Assembly (NCBI RefSeq): GCF_009914755.1
Contig: NC_060940.1
From: the human T2T-CHM13v2.0 reference genome, Homo sapiens
Reading direction: 5' to 3' (one strand)
DNA: 64,000 bases
The translations under genes and the position numbers were made by a program. Shown here piece after piece: positions 37,801 to 52,800 of this stretch. The notes under the pieces are model-generated. The model was not told the DNA's origin and searched no databases. It saw only the letters and a program-made list of their open reading frames with translations. How positions within the stretch are numbered: position 1 is the first letter of the stretch; the number at the start of each line of letters is the position of its first letter.

Positions 37801-40800
37801 GGCCAAAAGCAGAAAAGGAAATATTTTCCTGTAAAAACTAGACAGAATCTTTCTCAGAAACTGCTCTGGGACGTGTGCGTTCAACTCACAGAGTTTAACT
37901 TTTCTTTTCATTCAGCAGTTTGGAAACACTCTGTTTGGAAAGTCTGCAGGTGGATATTTTGACCTCTTTGAGGCCTTCGTTGGAAACGGGTTTTTTTCAT
38001 GTAAGGCTAGACAGAAGAAATCTCAGTAACTTCCTTGTGTTGTGTGTATTCAACTGACAGAGTTGAACCTTCCTTTAGACAGAGCAGATTCGAAACACTC
38101 TTTTTCTGCAATTTGCAAGTGGAGACTTCAAGCGCTTTGAGGCCAAAGGCAGAAAAGGAAATATCTTCGTATAAAAACCCGACAGAATCATTCTCAGAAA
38201 CTGCTCTGTGATGTGTGCGTTCAACTCACAGAGTTTAACTTTTCTTTTCATTCAGCAGTTTGTAAACACTCTGTTTGTAAAGTCTGCAAGTGGATATCTT
38301 GGCCTCTTAGAGGCCTTCGTTGGAAACGGGTTTTTTCATGTAAGGTTAGACAGAGGAATTCCCAGTAACTTCCTTGTGTTGTGTGCATTCAACTCACAGA
38401 GTTGAATGATTCTTTACACAGAGCAGATTTGAGACACTCTTTTGGTGGAATTTGTAAGTGGAGAATTCAGCCGCTTTGAGGTCAACGGTAGAAAAGGAAA
38501 TATCTTCGTATAAAAACTAGACAGAATGATTCTCAGAAACTGTTTTGTGATGTGTGCGTTCAACTCACAGAGTTTAACCTTTCTTTTCAAAGAGCAGTTA
38601 GGAAACACTCTGTTTGTAAAGTCTGCAAGTGGATATTCAGACCTCTTTGAGGCCTTCGTTGGAAACGGGATTTCTTCATATTATGCTAGACAGATGAATT
38701 CTCAGTAACTTCCTTGTGTTGTGTGTATTCAACTCACAGAGTTGAACGATCCTTTACACAGAGCAGATTTGAAACACTGTTTTTCTGGAATTTGCAAGTG
38801 GAGATTTCAGCCGCTTTGAGGTCAATGGTAGAAAAGGAAATATCTTCGTATAAAAACTAGACAGAATGATTCTCAGAAACTCCTTTGTGATGTGTGCGTT
38901 CAACTCACAGAGTTTAACCTTTCTTTTCACAGAGCAGTTAGGAAACACTCTGTTTGTGAAGCCTGCCAGTGGATATTCGGACCTCTTTGAGGCCTTCGTT
39001 GGAAACGGGATTTCTTCATATTATGCTAGACAGAAGATTTCTCAGTAACTTCTTTGTGTTGTGTGTATGCAACTCACAGAGTTCAACCTTCCTTTAGACA
39101 GAGCAGATTTGAAACACTCTTTTTGTGGAATTTGCAAGTGGAGATTTCAAGCGCTTCGATGCCAATGGTAGAAAAGGAAATATCTTCGTATAAAAACAAG
39201 ACAAACTCGTTCCCAGACACTGCGTAGTGATGTGTGTGTTTAACTCACAGAGTTTAACCTTTCTTTTCATACAGCATTCTGGAAACCCTCTGTTTGTAAA
39301 GTCTGCAAGTGGATATTTGGACCTCTTAGATGCCTTCGTTGGAAACGGGATTTCTTCATATAATGCTAGAGGGAAGAATTCTTAGTAACTTCTTTGTGTT
39401 GTGTGTATTCAACTGACAGAGTTGAACCTTCCTTTAGACAGAGCAGATTTGAAAGTCTCTTTTTGTGGAATTTGCAAGTGGAGATTTCAAGCGCTTTGAG
39501 GCCAAAAGCAGAAAAGGAAATATTTTCCTATAAAAACTCGACAGAATCTTTCTCAGAAACTGCTCTGGGACGTGTGCGTTCAACTCACAGAGTTTAACTT
39601 TTCTTTTCATTCAGCAGTTTGGAAACACTCTGTTTGGAAAGTCTGCACGTGGATATTTTGACCTCTTTGAGGCCTTCGTTGGAAACGGGTTTTTTTCATG
39701 TAAGGCTAGACAGAAGAAATCTCAGTAACTTCCTTGTGTTGTGTGTATTCAACTGACAGAGTTGAACCTTCCTTTAGACAGAGCAGATTCGAAACACTCT
39801 TTTTCTGCAATTTGCAAGTGGAGACTTCAAGCGCTTTGAGGCCAAAGGCAGAAAAGGAAATATCTTCGTATAAAAACCCGACAGAATCATTCTCAGAAAC
39901 TGCTCTGTGATGTGTGCGTTCAACTCACAGAGTTTAACTTTTCTTTTCATTCAGCAGTTTGGAAACACTCTGTTTGTAAAGTCTGCAAGTGGATATCTTG
40001 GCCTCTTAGAGGCCTTCGTTGGAAGCGGGTTTTTTCATGTAAGGATAGACAGAGGAATTCCCAGTAACTTCCTTGTGTTGTGTGCATTCAACTCACAGAG
40101 TTGAATGATTCTTTACAGAGAGCAGATTTGAGACACTCTTTTGGTGGAATTTGTAAGTGGAGAATTCAGCCGCTTTGAGGTCAACGGTAGAAAAGCAAAT
40201 ATCTTCGTATAAAAACTAGACAGAATGATTCTCAGAAACTGTTTTGTGATGTGTGCGTTCAACTCACAGAGTTTAACCTTTCTTTTCAAAGAGCAGTTAG
40301 GAAACACTCTGTTTGTAAAGTCTGCAAGTGGATATTCAGACCTCTTTGAGGCCTTCGTTGGAAACGGGATTTCTTCATATTATGCTAGACAGATGAATTC
40401 TCAGTAACTTCCTTGTGATGTGTGTATTCAACTCACAGAGTTAAACGATCCTTTACACAGAGCAGATTTGAAACACTGTTTTTCTGGAATTTGCAAGTGG
40501 AGATTTCAGCCGCTTTGAGGTCAACGGTAGAAAAGGAAATATCTTCGTATAAAAACTAGACAGAATGATTCTCAGAAACTCCTTTGTGATGTGTGCGTTC
40601 AACTCACAGAGTTTAACCTTTCTTTTCACAGAGCAGTTAGGAAACACTCTGTTTGTGAAGCCTGCCAGTGGATATTCGGACCTCTTTGAGGCCTTCGTTG
40701 GAAACGGGATTTCTTCATATTATGCTAGACAGAAGATTTCTCAGTAACTTCTTTGTGTTGTGTGTATGCAACTCACAGAGTTCAACCTTCCTTTAGACAG

Positions 40801-43800
40801 AGCAGATTTGAAACACTCTTTTTGTGGAATTTGCAAGTGGAGATTTCAAGCGCTTCGATGCCAATGGTAGAAAAGGAAATATCTTCGTAGAAAAACAAGA
40901 CAAACTCGTTCCCAGACACTGCGTAGTGATGTGTGTGTTTAACTCACAGAGTTTCACCTTTCTTTTCATACAGCATTCTGGAAACCCTCTGTTTGTAAAG
41001 TCTGCAAGTGGATATTTGGACCTCTTAGATGCCTTCGTTGGAAACGGGATTTCTTCATATAATGCTAGAGGGAAGAATTCTTAGTAACTTCTTTGTGTTG
41101 TGTGTATTCAACTGACAGAGTTGAACCTTCCTTTAGACAGAGCAGATTTGAAAGTCTCTTTTTGTGGAATTTGCAAGTGGAGATTTCAAGCGCTTTGAGG
41201 CCAAAAGCAGAAAAGGAAATATTTTCCTATAAAAACTCGACAGAATCTTTCTCAGAAACTGCTCTGGGATGTGTGCGTTCAACTCACAGAGTTTAACTTT
41301 TCTTTTCATTCAGCAGTTTGGAAACACTCTGTTTGGAAAGTCTGCACGTGGATATTTTGACCTCTTTGAGGCCTTCGTTGGAAACGGGTTTTTTTCATGT
41401 AAGGCTAGACAGAAGAAATCTCAGTAACTTCCTTGTGTTGTGTGTATTCAACTGACAGAGTTGAACCTTCCTTTAGACAGAGCAGATTCGAAACACTCTT
41501 TTTCTGCAATTTGCAAGTGGAGACTTCAAGCGCTTTGAGGCCAAAGGCAGAAAAGGAAATATCTTCGTATAAAAACCCGACAGAATCATTCTCAGAAACT
41601 GCTCTGTGATGTGTGCGTTCAACTCACAGAGTTTAACTTTTCTTTTCATTCAGCAGTTTGGAAACACTCTGTTTGTAAAGTCTGCAAGTGGATATCTTGG
41701 CCTCTTAGAGGCCTTTGTTGGAAACGGGTTTTTTCATGTAAGGTTAGACAGAGGAATTCCCAGTAACTTCCTTGTGTTGTGTGCATTCAACTCACAGAGT
41801 TGAATGATTCTTTACACAGAGCAGATTTGAGACACTCTTTTGGTGGAATTTGTAAGTGGAGAATTCAGCCGCTTTGAGGTCAACGGTAGAAAAGGAAATA
41901 TCTTCGTATAAAAACTAGACAGAATGATTCTCAGAAACTGTTTTGTGATGTGTGCGTTCAACTCACAGAGTTTAACCTTTCTTTTCAAAGAGCAGTTAGG
42001 AAACACTCTGTTTGTAAAGTCTGCAAGTGGATATTCAGACCTCTTTGAGGCCTTCGTTGGAAACGGGATTTCTTCATATTATGCTAGACAGATGAATTCT
42101 CAGTAACTTCCTTGTGTTGTGTGTATTCAACTCACAGAGTTGAACGATCCTTTACACAGAGCAGATTTGAAACACTGTTTTTCTGGAATTTGCAAGTGGA
42201 GATTTCAGCCGCTTTGAGGTCAATGGTAGAAAAGGAAATATCTTCGTATAAAAACTAGACAGAATGATTCTCAGAAACTCCTTTGTGATGTGTGCGTTCA
42301 ACTCACAGAGTTTAACCTTTCTTTTCACAGAGCAGTTAGGAAACACTCTGTTTGTGAAGCCTGCCAGTGGATATTCGGACCTCTTTGAGGCCTTCGTTGG
42401 AAACGGGATTTCTTCATATTATGCTAGACAGAAGATTTCTCAGTAACTTCTTTGTGTTGTGTGTATGCAACTCACAGAGTTCAACCTTCCTTTAGACAGA
42501 GCAGATTTGAAACACTCTTTTTGTGGAATTTGCAAGTGGAGATTTCAAGCGCTTCGATGCCAATGGTAGAAAAGGAAATATCTTCGTATAAAAACAAGAC
42601 AAACTCGTTCCCAGACACTGCGTAGTGATGTGTGTGTTTAACTCACAGAGTTTAACCTTTCTTTTCATACAGCATTCTGGAAACCCTGTGTTTGTAAAGT
42701 CTGCAAGTGGATATTTGGACCTCTTAGATGCCTTCGTTGGAAACGGGATTTCTTCATATAATGCTAGAGGGAAGAATTCTTAGTAACTTCTTTGTGTTGT
42801 GTGTATTCAACTGACAGAGTTGAACCTTCCTTTAGACAGAGCAGATTTGAAAGTCTCTTTTTGTGGAATTTGCAAGTGGAGATTTCAAGCGCTTTGAGGC
42901 CAAAAGCAGAAAAGGAAATATTTTCCTATAAAAACTCGACAGAATCTTTCTCAGAAACTGCTCTGGGATGTGTGCGTTCAACTCACAGAGTTTAACTTTT
43001 CTTTTCATTCAGCAGTTTGGAAACACTCTGTTTGGAAAGTCTGCACGTGGATATTTTGACCTCTTTGAGGCCTTCGTTGGAAACGGGTTTTTTTCATGTA
43101 AGGCTAGACAGAAGAAATCTCAGTAACTTCCTTGTGTTGTGTGTATTCAACTGACAGAGTTGAACCTTCCTTTAGACAGAGCAGATTCGAAACACTCTTT
43201 TTCTGCAATTTGCAAGTGGAGACTTCAAGCGCTTTGAGGCCAAAGGCAGAAAAGGAAATATCTTCGTATAAAAACCCGACAGAATCATTCTCAGAAACTG
43301 CTCTGTGATGTGTGCGTTCAACTCACAGAGTTTAACTTTTCTTTTCATTCAGCAGTTTGGAAACACTCTGTTTGTAAAGTCTGCAAGTGGATATCTTGGC
43401 CTCTTAGAGGCCTTCGTTGGAAGCGGGTTTTTTCATGTAAGGATAGACAGAGGAATTCCCAGTAACTTCCTTGTGTTGTGTGCATTCAACTCACAGAGTT
43501 GAATGATTCTTTACACAGAGCAGATTTGAGACACTCTTTTGGTGGAATTTGTAAGTGGAGAATTCAGCCGCTTTGAGGTCAACGGTAGAAAAGGAAATAT
43601 CTTCGTATAAAAACTAGACAGAATGATTCTCAGAAACTGTTTTGTGATGTGTGCGTTCAACTCACAGAGTTTAACCTTTCTTTTCAAAGAGCAGTTAGGA
43701 AACACTCTGTTTGTAAAGTCTGCAAGTGGATATTCAGACCTCTTTGAGGCCTTCGTTGGAAACGGGATTTCTTCATATTATGCTAGACAGATGAATTCTC

Positions 43801-46800
43801 AGTAACTTCCTTGTGTTGTGTGTATTCAACTCACAGAGTTGAACGATCCTTTACACAGAGCAGATTTGAAACACTGTTTTTCTGGAATTTGCAAGTGGAG
43901 ATTTCAGCCGCTTTGAGGTCAACGGTAGAAAAGGAAATATCTTCGTATAAAAACTAGACAGAATGATTCTCAGAAACTCCTTTGTGATGTGTGCGTTCAA
44001 CTCACAGAGTTTAACCTTTCTTTTCACAGAGCAGTTAGGAAACACTCTGTTTGTGAAGCCTGCCAGTGGATATTCGGACCTCTTTGAGGCCTTCGTTGGA
44101 AACGGGATTTCTTCATATTATGCTAGACAGAAGATTTCTCAGTAACTTCTTTGTGTTGTGTGTATGCAACTCACAGAGTTCAACCTTCCTTTAGACAGAG
44201 CAGATTTGAAACACTCTTTTTGTGGAATTTGCAAGTGGAGATTTCAAGCGCTTCGATGCCAATGGTAGAAAAGGAAATATCTTCGTATAAAAACAAGGCA
44301 AACTCGTTCCCAGACACTGCGTAGTGATGTGTGTGTTTAACTCACAGAGTTTAACCTTTCTTTTCATACAGCATTCTGGAAACCCTCTGTTTGTAAAGTC
44401 TGCAAGTGGATATTTGGACCTCTTAGATGCCTTCGTTGGAAACGGGATTTCTTCATATAATGCTAGAGGGAAGAATTCTTAGTAACTTCTTTGTGTTGTG
44501 TGTATTCAACTGACAGAGTTGAACCTTCCTTTAGACAGAGCAGATTTGAAAGTCTCTTTTTGTGGAATTTGCAAGTGGAGATTTCAAGCGCTTTGAGGCC
44601 AAAAGCAGAAAAGGAAATATTTTCCTATAAAAACTCGACAGAATCTTTCTCAGAAACTGCTCTGGGATGTGTGCGTTCAACTCACAGAGTTTAACTTTTC
44701 TTTTCATTCAGCAGTTTGGAAACACTCTGTTTGGAAAGTCTGCAGGTGGATATTTTGACCTCTTTGAGGCCTTCGTTGGAAACGGGTTTTTTTCATGTAA
44801 GGCTAGACAGAAGAAATCTCAGTAACTTCCTTGTGTTGTGTGTATTCAACTGACAGAGTTGAACCTTCCTTTAGACAGAGCAGATTCGAAACACTCTTTT
44901 TCTGCAATTTGCAAGTGGAGACTTCAAGCGCTTTGAGGCCAAAGGCAGAAAAGGAAATATCTTCGTATAAAAACCCGACAGAATCATTCTCAGAAACTGC
45001 TCTGTGATGTGTGCGTTCAACTCACAGAGTTTAACTTTTCTTTTCATTCAGCAGTTTGGAAACACTCTGTTTGTAAAGTCTGCAAGTGGATATCTTGGCC
45101 TCTTAGAGGCCTTCGTTGGAAGCGGGTTTTTTCATGTAAGGATAGACAGAGGAATTCCCAGTAACTTCCTTGTGTTGTGTGCATTCAACTCACAGAGTTG
45201 AATGATTCTTTACACAGAGCAGATTTGAGACACTCTTTTGGTGGAATTTGTAAGTGGAGAATTCAGCCGCTTTGAGGTCAACGGTAGAAAAGCAAATATC
45301 TTCGTATAAAAACTAGACAGAATGATTCTCAGAAACTGTTTTGTGATGTGTGCGTTCAACTCACAGAGTTTAACCTTTCTTTTCAAAGAGCAGTTAGGAA
45401 ACACTCTGTTTGTAAAGTCTGCAAGTGGATATTCAGACCTCTTTGAGGCCTTCGTTGGAAACGGGATTTCTTCATATTATGCTAGACAGATGAATTCTCA
45501 GTAACTTCCTTGTGTTGTGTGTATTCAACTCACAGAGTTGAACGATCCTTTACACAGAGCAGATTTGAAACACTGTTTTTCTGGAATTTGCAAGTGGAGA
45601 TTTCAGCCGCTTTGAGGTCAACGGTAGAAAAGGAAATATCTTCGTATAAAAACTAGACAGAATGATTCTCAGAAACTCCTTTGTGATGTGTGCATTCAAC
45701 TCACAGAGTTTAACCTTTCTTTTCACAGAGCAGTTAGGAAACACTCTGTTTGTGAAGCCTGCCAGTGGATATTCGGACCTCTTTGAGGCCTTCGTTGGAA
45801 ACGGGATTTCTTCATATTATGCTAGACAGAAGATTTCTCAGTAACTTCTTTGTGTTGTGTGTATGCAACTCACAGAGTTCAACCTTCCTTTAGACAGAGC
45901 AGATTTGAAACACTCTTTTTGTGGAATTTGCAAGTGGAGATTTCAAGCGCTTCGATGCCAATGGTAGAAAAGGAAATATCTTCGTATAAAAACAAGACAA
46001 ACTCGTTCCCAGACACTGCGTAGTGATGTGTGTGTTTAACTCACAGAGTTTAACCTTTCTTTTCATACAGCATTCTGGAAACCCTGTGTTTGTAAAGTCT
46101 GCAAGTGGATATTTGGACCTCTTAGATGCCTTCGTTGGAAACGGGATTTCTTCATATAATGCTAGAGGGAAGAATTCTTAGTAACTTCTTTGTGTTGTGT
46201 GTATTCAACTGACAGAGTTGAACCTTCCTTTAGACAGAGCAGATTTGAAAGTCTCTTTTTGTGGAATTTGCAAGTGGAGATTTCAAGCGCTTTGAGGCCA
46301 AAAGCAGAAAAGGAAATATTTTCCTATAAAAACTAGACAGAATGTTTCTCAGAAACTGCTCTGGGATGTGTGCGTTCAACTCACAGAGTTTAACTTTTCT
46401 TTTCATTCAGCAGTTTGGAAACACTCTGTTTGGAAAGTCTGCACGTGGATATTTTGACCTCTTTGAGGCCTTCGTTGGAAACGGGTTTTTTTCATGTAAG
46501 GCTAGACAGAAGAAATCTCAGTAACTTCCTTGTGTTGTGTGTATTCAACTGACAGAGTTGAACCTTCCTTTAGACAGAGCAGATTCGAAACACTCTTTTT
46601 CTGCAATTTGCAAGTGGAGACTTCAAGCGCTTTGAGGCCAAAGGCAGAAAAGGAAATATCTTCGTATAAAAACCCGACAGAATCATTCTCAGAAACTGCT
46701 CTGTGATGTGTGCGTTCAACTCACAGAGTTTAACTTTTCTTTTCATTCAGCAGTTTGGAAACACTCTGTTTGTAAAGTCTGCAAGTGGATATCTTGGCCT

Positions 46801-49800
46801 CTTAGAGGCCTTCGTTGGAAGCGGGTTTTTTCATGTAAGGATAGACAGAGGAATTCCCAGTAACTTCCTTGTGTTGTGTGCATTCAACTCACAGAGTTGA
46901 ATGATTCTTTACACAGAGCAGATTTGAGACACTCTTTTGGTGGAATTTGTAAGTGGAGAATTCAGCCGCTTTGAGGTCAACGGTAGAAAAGGAAATATCT
47001 TCGTATAAAAACTAGACAGAATGATTCTCAGAAACTGTTTTGTGATGTGTGCGTTCAACTCACAGAGTTTAACCTTTCTTTTCAAAGAGCAGTTAGGAAA
47101 CACTCTGTTTGTAAAGTCTGCAAGTGGATATTCAGACCTCTTTGAGGCCTTCGTTGGAAACGGGATTTCTTCATATTATGCTAGACAGATGAATTCTCAG
47201 TAACTTCCTTGTGTTGTGTGTATTCAACTCACAGAGTTGAACGATCCTTTACACAGAGCAGATTTGAAACACTGTTTTTCTGGAATTTGCAAGTGGAGAT
47301 TTCAGCCGCTTTGAGGTCAATGGTAGAAAAGGAAATATCTTCGTATAAAAACTAGACAGAATGATTCTCAGAAACTCCTTTGTGATGTGTGCGTTCAACT
47401 CACAGAGTTTAACCTTTCTTTTCACAGAGCAGTTAGGAAACACTCTGTTTGTGAAGCCTGCCAGTGGATATTCGGACCTCTTTGAGGCCTTCGTTGGAAA
47501 CGGGATTTCTTCATATTATGCCAGACAGAAGATTTCTCAGTAACTTCTTTGTGTTGTGTGTATGCAACTCACAGAGTTCAACCTTCCTTTAGACAGAGCA
47601 GATTTGAAACACTCTTTTTGTGGAATTTGCAAGTGGAGATTTCAAGCGCTTCGATGCCAATGGTAGAAAAGGAAATATCTTCGTATAAAAACAAGACAAA
47701 CTCGTTCCCAGACACTGCGTAGTGATGTGTGTGTTTAACTCACAGAGTTTAACCTTTCTTTTCATACAGCATTCTGGAAACCCTGTGTTTGTAAAGTCTG
47801 CAAGTGGATATTTGGACCTCTTAGATGCCTTCGTTGGAAACGGGATTTCTTCATATAATGCTAGAGGGAAGAATTCTTAGTAACTTCTTTGTGTTGTGTG
47901 TATTCAACTGACAGAGTTGAACCTTCCTTTAGACAGAGCAGATTTGAAAGTCTCTTTTTGTGGAATTTGCAAGTGGAGATTTCAAGCGCTTTGAGGCCAA
48001 AAGCAGAAAAGGAAATATTTTCCTATAAAAACTCGACAGAATCTTTCTCAGAAACTGCTCTGGGATGTGTGCGTTCAACTCACAGAGTTTAACTTTTCTT
48101 TTCATTCAGCAGTTTGGAAACACTCTGTTTGGAAAGTCTGCAGGTGGATATTTTGACCTCTTTGAGGCCTTCGTTGGAAACGGGTTTTTTTCATGTAAGG
48201 CTAGACAGAAGAAATCTCAGTAACTTCCTTGTGTTGTGTGTATTCAACTGACAGAGTTGAACCTTCCTTTAGACAGAGCAGATTCGAAACACTCTTTTTC
48301 TGCAATTTGCAAGTGGAGACTTCAAGCGCTTTGAGGCCAAAGGCAGAAAAGGAAATATCTTCGTATAAAAACCCGACAGAATCATTCTCAGAAACTGCTC
48401 TGTGATGTGTGCGTTCAACTCACAGAGTTTAACTTTTCTTTTCATTCAGCAGTTTGGAAACACTCTGTTTGTAAAGTCTGCAAGTGGATATCTTGGCCTC
48501 TTAGAGGCCTTCGTTGGAAACGGGTTTTTTCATGTAAGGTTAGACAGAGGAATTCCCAGTAACTTCCTTGTGTTGTGTGCATTCAACTCACAGAGTTGAA
48601 TGATTCTTTACACAGAGCAGATTTGAGACACTCTTTTGGTGGGATTTGTAAGTGGAGAATTCAGCCGCTTTGAGGTCAACGGTAGAAAAGGAAATATCTT
48701 CGTATAAAAACTAGACAGAATGATTCTCAGAAACTGTTTTGTGATGTGTGCGTTCAACTCACAGAGTTTAACCTTTCTTTTCAAAGAGCAGTTAGGAAAC
48801 ACTCTGTTTGTAAAGTCTGCAAGTGGATATTCAGACCTCTTTGAGGCCTTCGTTGGAAACGGGATTTCTTCATATTATGCTAGACAGATGAATTCTCAGT
48901 AACTTCCTTGTGTTGTGTGTATTCAACTCACAGAGTTAAATGATCCTTTACACAGAGCAGATTTGAAACACTGTTTTTCTGGAATTTGCAAGTGGAGATT
49001 TCAGCCGCTTTGAGGTCAATGGTAGAAAAGGAAATATCTTCGTATAAAAACTAGACAGAATGATTCTCAGAAACTCCTTTGTGATGTGTGCGTTCAACTC
49101 ACAGAGTTTAACCTTTCTTTTCACAGAGCAGTTAGGAAACACTCTGTTTGTGAAGCCTGCCAGTGGATATTCGGACCTCTTTGAGGCCTTCGTTGGAAAC
49201 GGGATTTCTTCATATTATGCTAGACAGAAGATTTCTCAGTAACTTCTTTGTGTTGTGTGTATGCAACTCACAGAGTTCAACCTTCCTTTAGACAGAGCAG
49301 ATTTGAAACACTCTTTTTGTGGAATTTGCAAGTGGAGATTTCAAGCGCTTCGATGCCAATGGTAGAAAAGGAAATATCTTCGTAGAAAAACAAGACAAAC
49401 TCGTTCCCAGACACTGCGTAGTGATGTGTGTGTTTAACTCACAGAGTTTAACCTTTCTTTTCATACAGCATTCTGGAAACCCTCTGTTTGTAAAGTCTGC
49501 AAGTGGATATTTGGACCTCTTAGATGCCTTCGTTGGAAACGGGATTTCTTCATATAATGCTAGAGGGAAGAATTCTTAGTAACTTCTTTGTGTTGTGTGT
49601 ATTCAACTGACAGAGTTGAACCTTCCTTTAGACAGAGCAGATTTGAAAGTCTCTTTTTGTGGAATTTGCAAGAGGAGATTTCAAGCGCTTTGAGGCCAAA
49701 AGCAGAAAAGGAAATATTTTCCTATAAAAACTCGACAGAATCTTTCTCAGAAACTGCTCTGGGATGTGTGCGTTCAACTCACAGAGTTTAACTTTTCTTT

Positions 49801-52800
49801 TCATTCAGCAGTTTGGAAACACTCTGTTTGGAAAGTCTGCACGTGGATATTTTGACCTCTTTGAGGCCTTCGTTGGAAACGGGTTTTTTTCATGTAAGGC
49901 TAGACAGAAGAAATCTCAGTAACTTCCTTGTGTTGTGTGTATTCAACTGACAGAGTTGAACCTTCCTTTAGACAGAGCAGATTCGAAACACTCTTTTTCT
50001 GCAATTTGCAAGTGGAGACTTCAAGCGCTTTGAGGCCAAAGGCAGAAAAGGAAATATCTTCGTATAAAAACCCGACAGAATCATTCTCAGAAACTGCTCT
50101 GTGATGTGTGTGTTCAACTCACAGAGTTTAACTTTTCTTTTCATTCAGCAGTTTGGAAACACTCTGTTTGTAAAGTCTGCAAGTGGATATCTTGGCCTCT
50201 TAGAGGCCTTCGTTGGAAACGGGTTTTTTCATGTAAGGTTAGACAGAGGAATTCCCAGTAACTTCCTTGTGTTGTGTGCATTCAACTCACAGAGTTGAAT
50301 GATTCTTTACACAGAGCAGATTTGAGACACTCTTTTGGTGGAATTTGTAAGTGGAGAATTCAGCCGCTTTGAGGTCAACGGTAGAAAAGGAAATATCTTC
50401 GTATAAAAACTAGACAGAATGATTCTCAGAAACTGTTTTGTGATGTGTGCGTTCAACTCACAGAGTTTAACCTTTCTTTTCAAAGAGCAGTTAGGAAACA
50501 CTCTGTTTGTAAAGTCTGCAAGTGGATATTCAGACCTCTTTGAGGCCTTCGTTGGAAACGGGATTTCTTCATATTATGCTAGACAGATGAATTCTCAGTA
50601 ACTTCCTTGTGTTGTGTGTATTCAACTCACAGAGTTGAACGATCCTTTACACAGAGCAGATTTGAAACACTGTTTTTCTGGAATTTGCAAGTGGAGATTT
50701 CAGCCGCTTTGAGGTCAATGGTAGAAAAGGAAATATCTTCGTATAAAAACTAGACAGAATGATTCTCAGAAACTCCTTTGTGATGTGTGCGTTCAACTCA
50801 CAGAGTTTAACCTTTCTTTTCACAGAGCAGTTAGGAAACACTCTGTTTGTGAAGCCTGCCAGTGGATATTCGGACCTCTTTGAGGCCTTCGTTGGAAACG
50901 GGATTTCTTCATATTATGCGAGACAGAAGATTTCTCAGTAACTTCTTTGTGTTGTGTGTATGCAACTCACAGAGTTCAACCTTCCTTTAGACAGAGCAGA
51001 TTTGAAACACTCTTTTTGTGGAATTTGCAAGTGGAGATTTCAAGCGCTTCGATGCCAATGGTAGAAAAGGAAATATCTTCGTATAAAAACAAGACAAACT
51101 CGTTCCCAGACACTGCGTAGTGATGTGTGTGTTTAACTCACAGAGTTTAACCTTTCTTTTCATACAGCATTCTGGAAACCCTGTGTTTGTAAAGTCTGCA
51201 AGTGGATATTTGGACCTCTTAGATGCCTTCGTTGGAAACGGGATTTCTTCATATAATGCTAGAGGGAAGAATTCTTAGTAACTTCTTTGTGTTGTGTGTA
51301 TTCAACTGACAGAGTTGAACCTTCCTTTAGACAGAGCAGATTTGAAAGTCTCTTTTTGTGGAATTTGCAAGTGGAGATTTCAAGCGCTTTGAGGCCAAAA
51401 GCAGAAAAGGAAATATTTTCCTATAAAAACTAGACAGAATCTTTCTCAGAAACTGCTCTGGGATGTGTGCGTTCAACTCACAGAGTTTAACTTTTCTTTT
51501 CATTCAGCAGTTTGGAAACACTCTGTTTGGAAAGTCTGCACGTGGATATTTTGACCTCTTTGAGGTCTTCGTTGGAAACGGGTTTTTTTCATGTAAGGCT
51601 AGACAGAAGAAATCTCAGTAACTTCCTTGTGTTGTGTGTATTCAACTGACAGAGTTGAACCTTCCTTTAGACAGAGCAGATTCGAAACACTCTTTTTCTG
51701 CAATTTGCAAGTGGAGACTTCAAGCGCTTTGAGGCCAAAGGCAGAAAAGGAAATATCTTCGTATAAAAACCCGACAGAATCATTCTCAGAAACTGCTCTG
51801 TGATGTGTCCGTTCAACTCACAGAGTTTAACTTTTCTTTTCATTCAGCAGTTTGGAAACACTCTGTTTGTAAAGTCTGCAAGTGGATATCTTGGCCTCTT
51901 AGAGGCCTTCGTTGGAAACGGGTTTTTTCATGTAAGGTTAGACAGAGGAATTCCCAGTAACTTCCTTGTGTTGTGTGCATTCAACTCACAGAGTTGAATG
52001 ATTCTTTACACAGAGCAGATTTGAGACACTCTTTTGGTGGAATTTGTAAGTGGAGAATTCAGCCGCTTTGAGGTCAACGGTAGAAAAGGAAATATCTTCG
52101 TATAAAAACTAGACAGAATGATTCTCAGAAACTGTTTTGTGATGTGTGCGTTCAACTCACAGAGTTTAACCTTTCTTTTCAAAGAGCAGTTAGGAAACAC
52201 TCTGTTTGTAAAGTCTGCAAGTGGATATTCAGACCTCTTTGAGGCCTTCGTTGGAAACGGGATTTCTTCATATTATGCTAGACAGATGAATTCTCAGTAA
52301 CTTCCTTGTGTTGTGTGTATTCAACTCACAGAGTTGAACGATCCTTTACACAGAGCAGATTTGAAACACTGTTTTTCTGGAATTTGCAAGTGGAGATTTC
52401 AGCCGCTTTGAGGTCAATGGTAGAAAAGGAAATATCTTCGTATAAAAACTAGACAGAATGATTCTCAGAAACTCCTTTGTGATGTGTGCGTTCAACTCAC
52501 AGAGTTTAACCTTTCTTTTCACAGAGCAGTTAGGAAACACTCTGTTTGTGAAGCCTGCCAGTGGATATTCGGACCTCTTTGAGGCCTTCGTTGGAAACGG
52601 GATTTCTTCATATTATGCTAGACAGAAGATTTCTCAGTAACTTCTTTGTGTTGTGTGTATGCAACTCACAGAGTTCAACCTTCCTTTAGACAGAGCAGAT
52701 TTGAAACACTCTTTTTGTGGAATTTGCAAGTGGAGATTTCAAGCGCTTCGATGCCAATGGTAGAAAAGGAAATATCTTCGTATAAAAACAAGACAAACTC

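Noticed and set aside
51561-51583. C>T at 51566 next to CENP-B box 2 of U31
   Set aside because: It lies one base outside the 17-bp box, and the core is intact.
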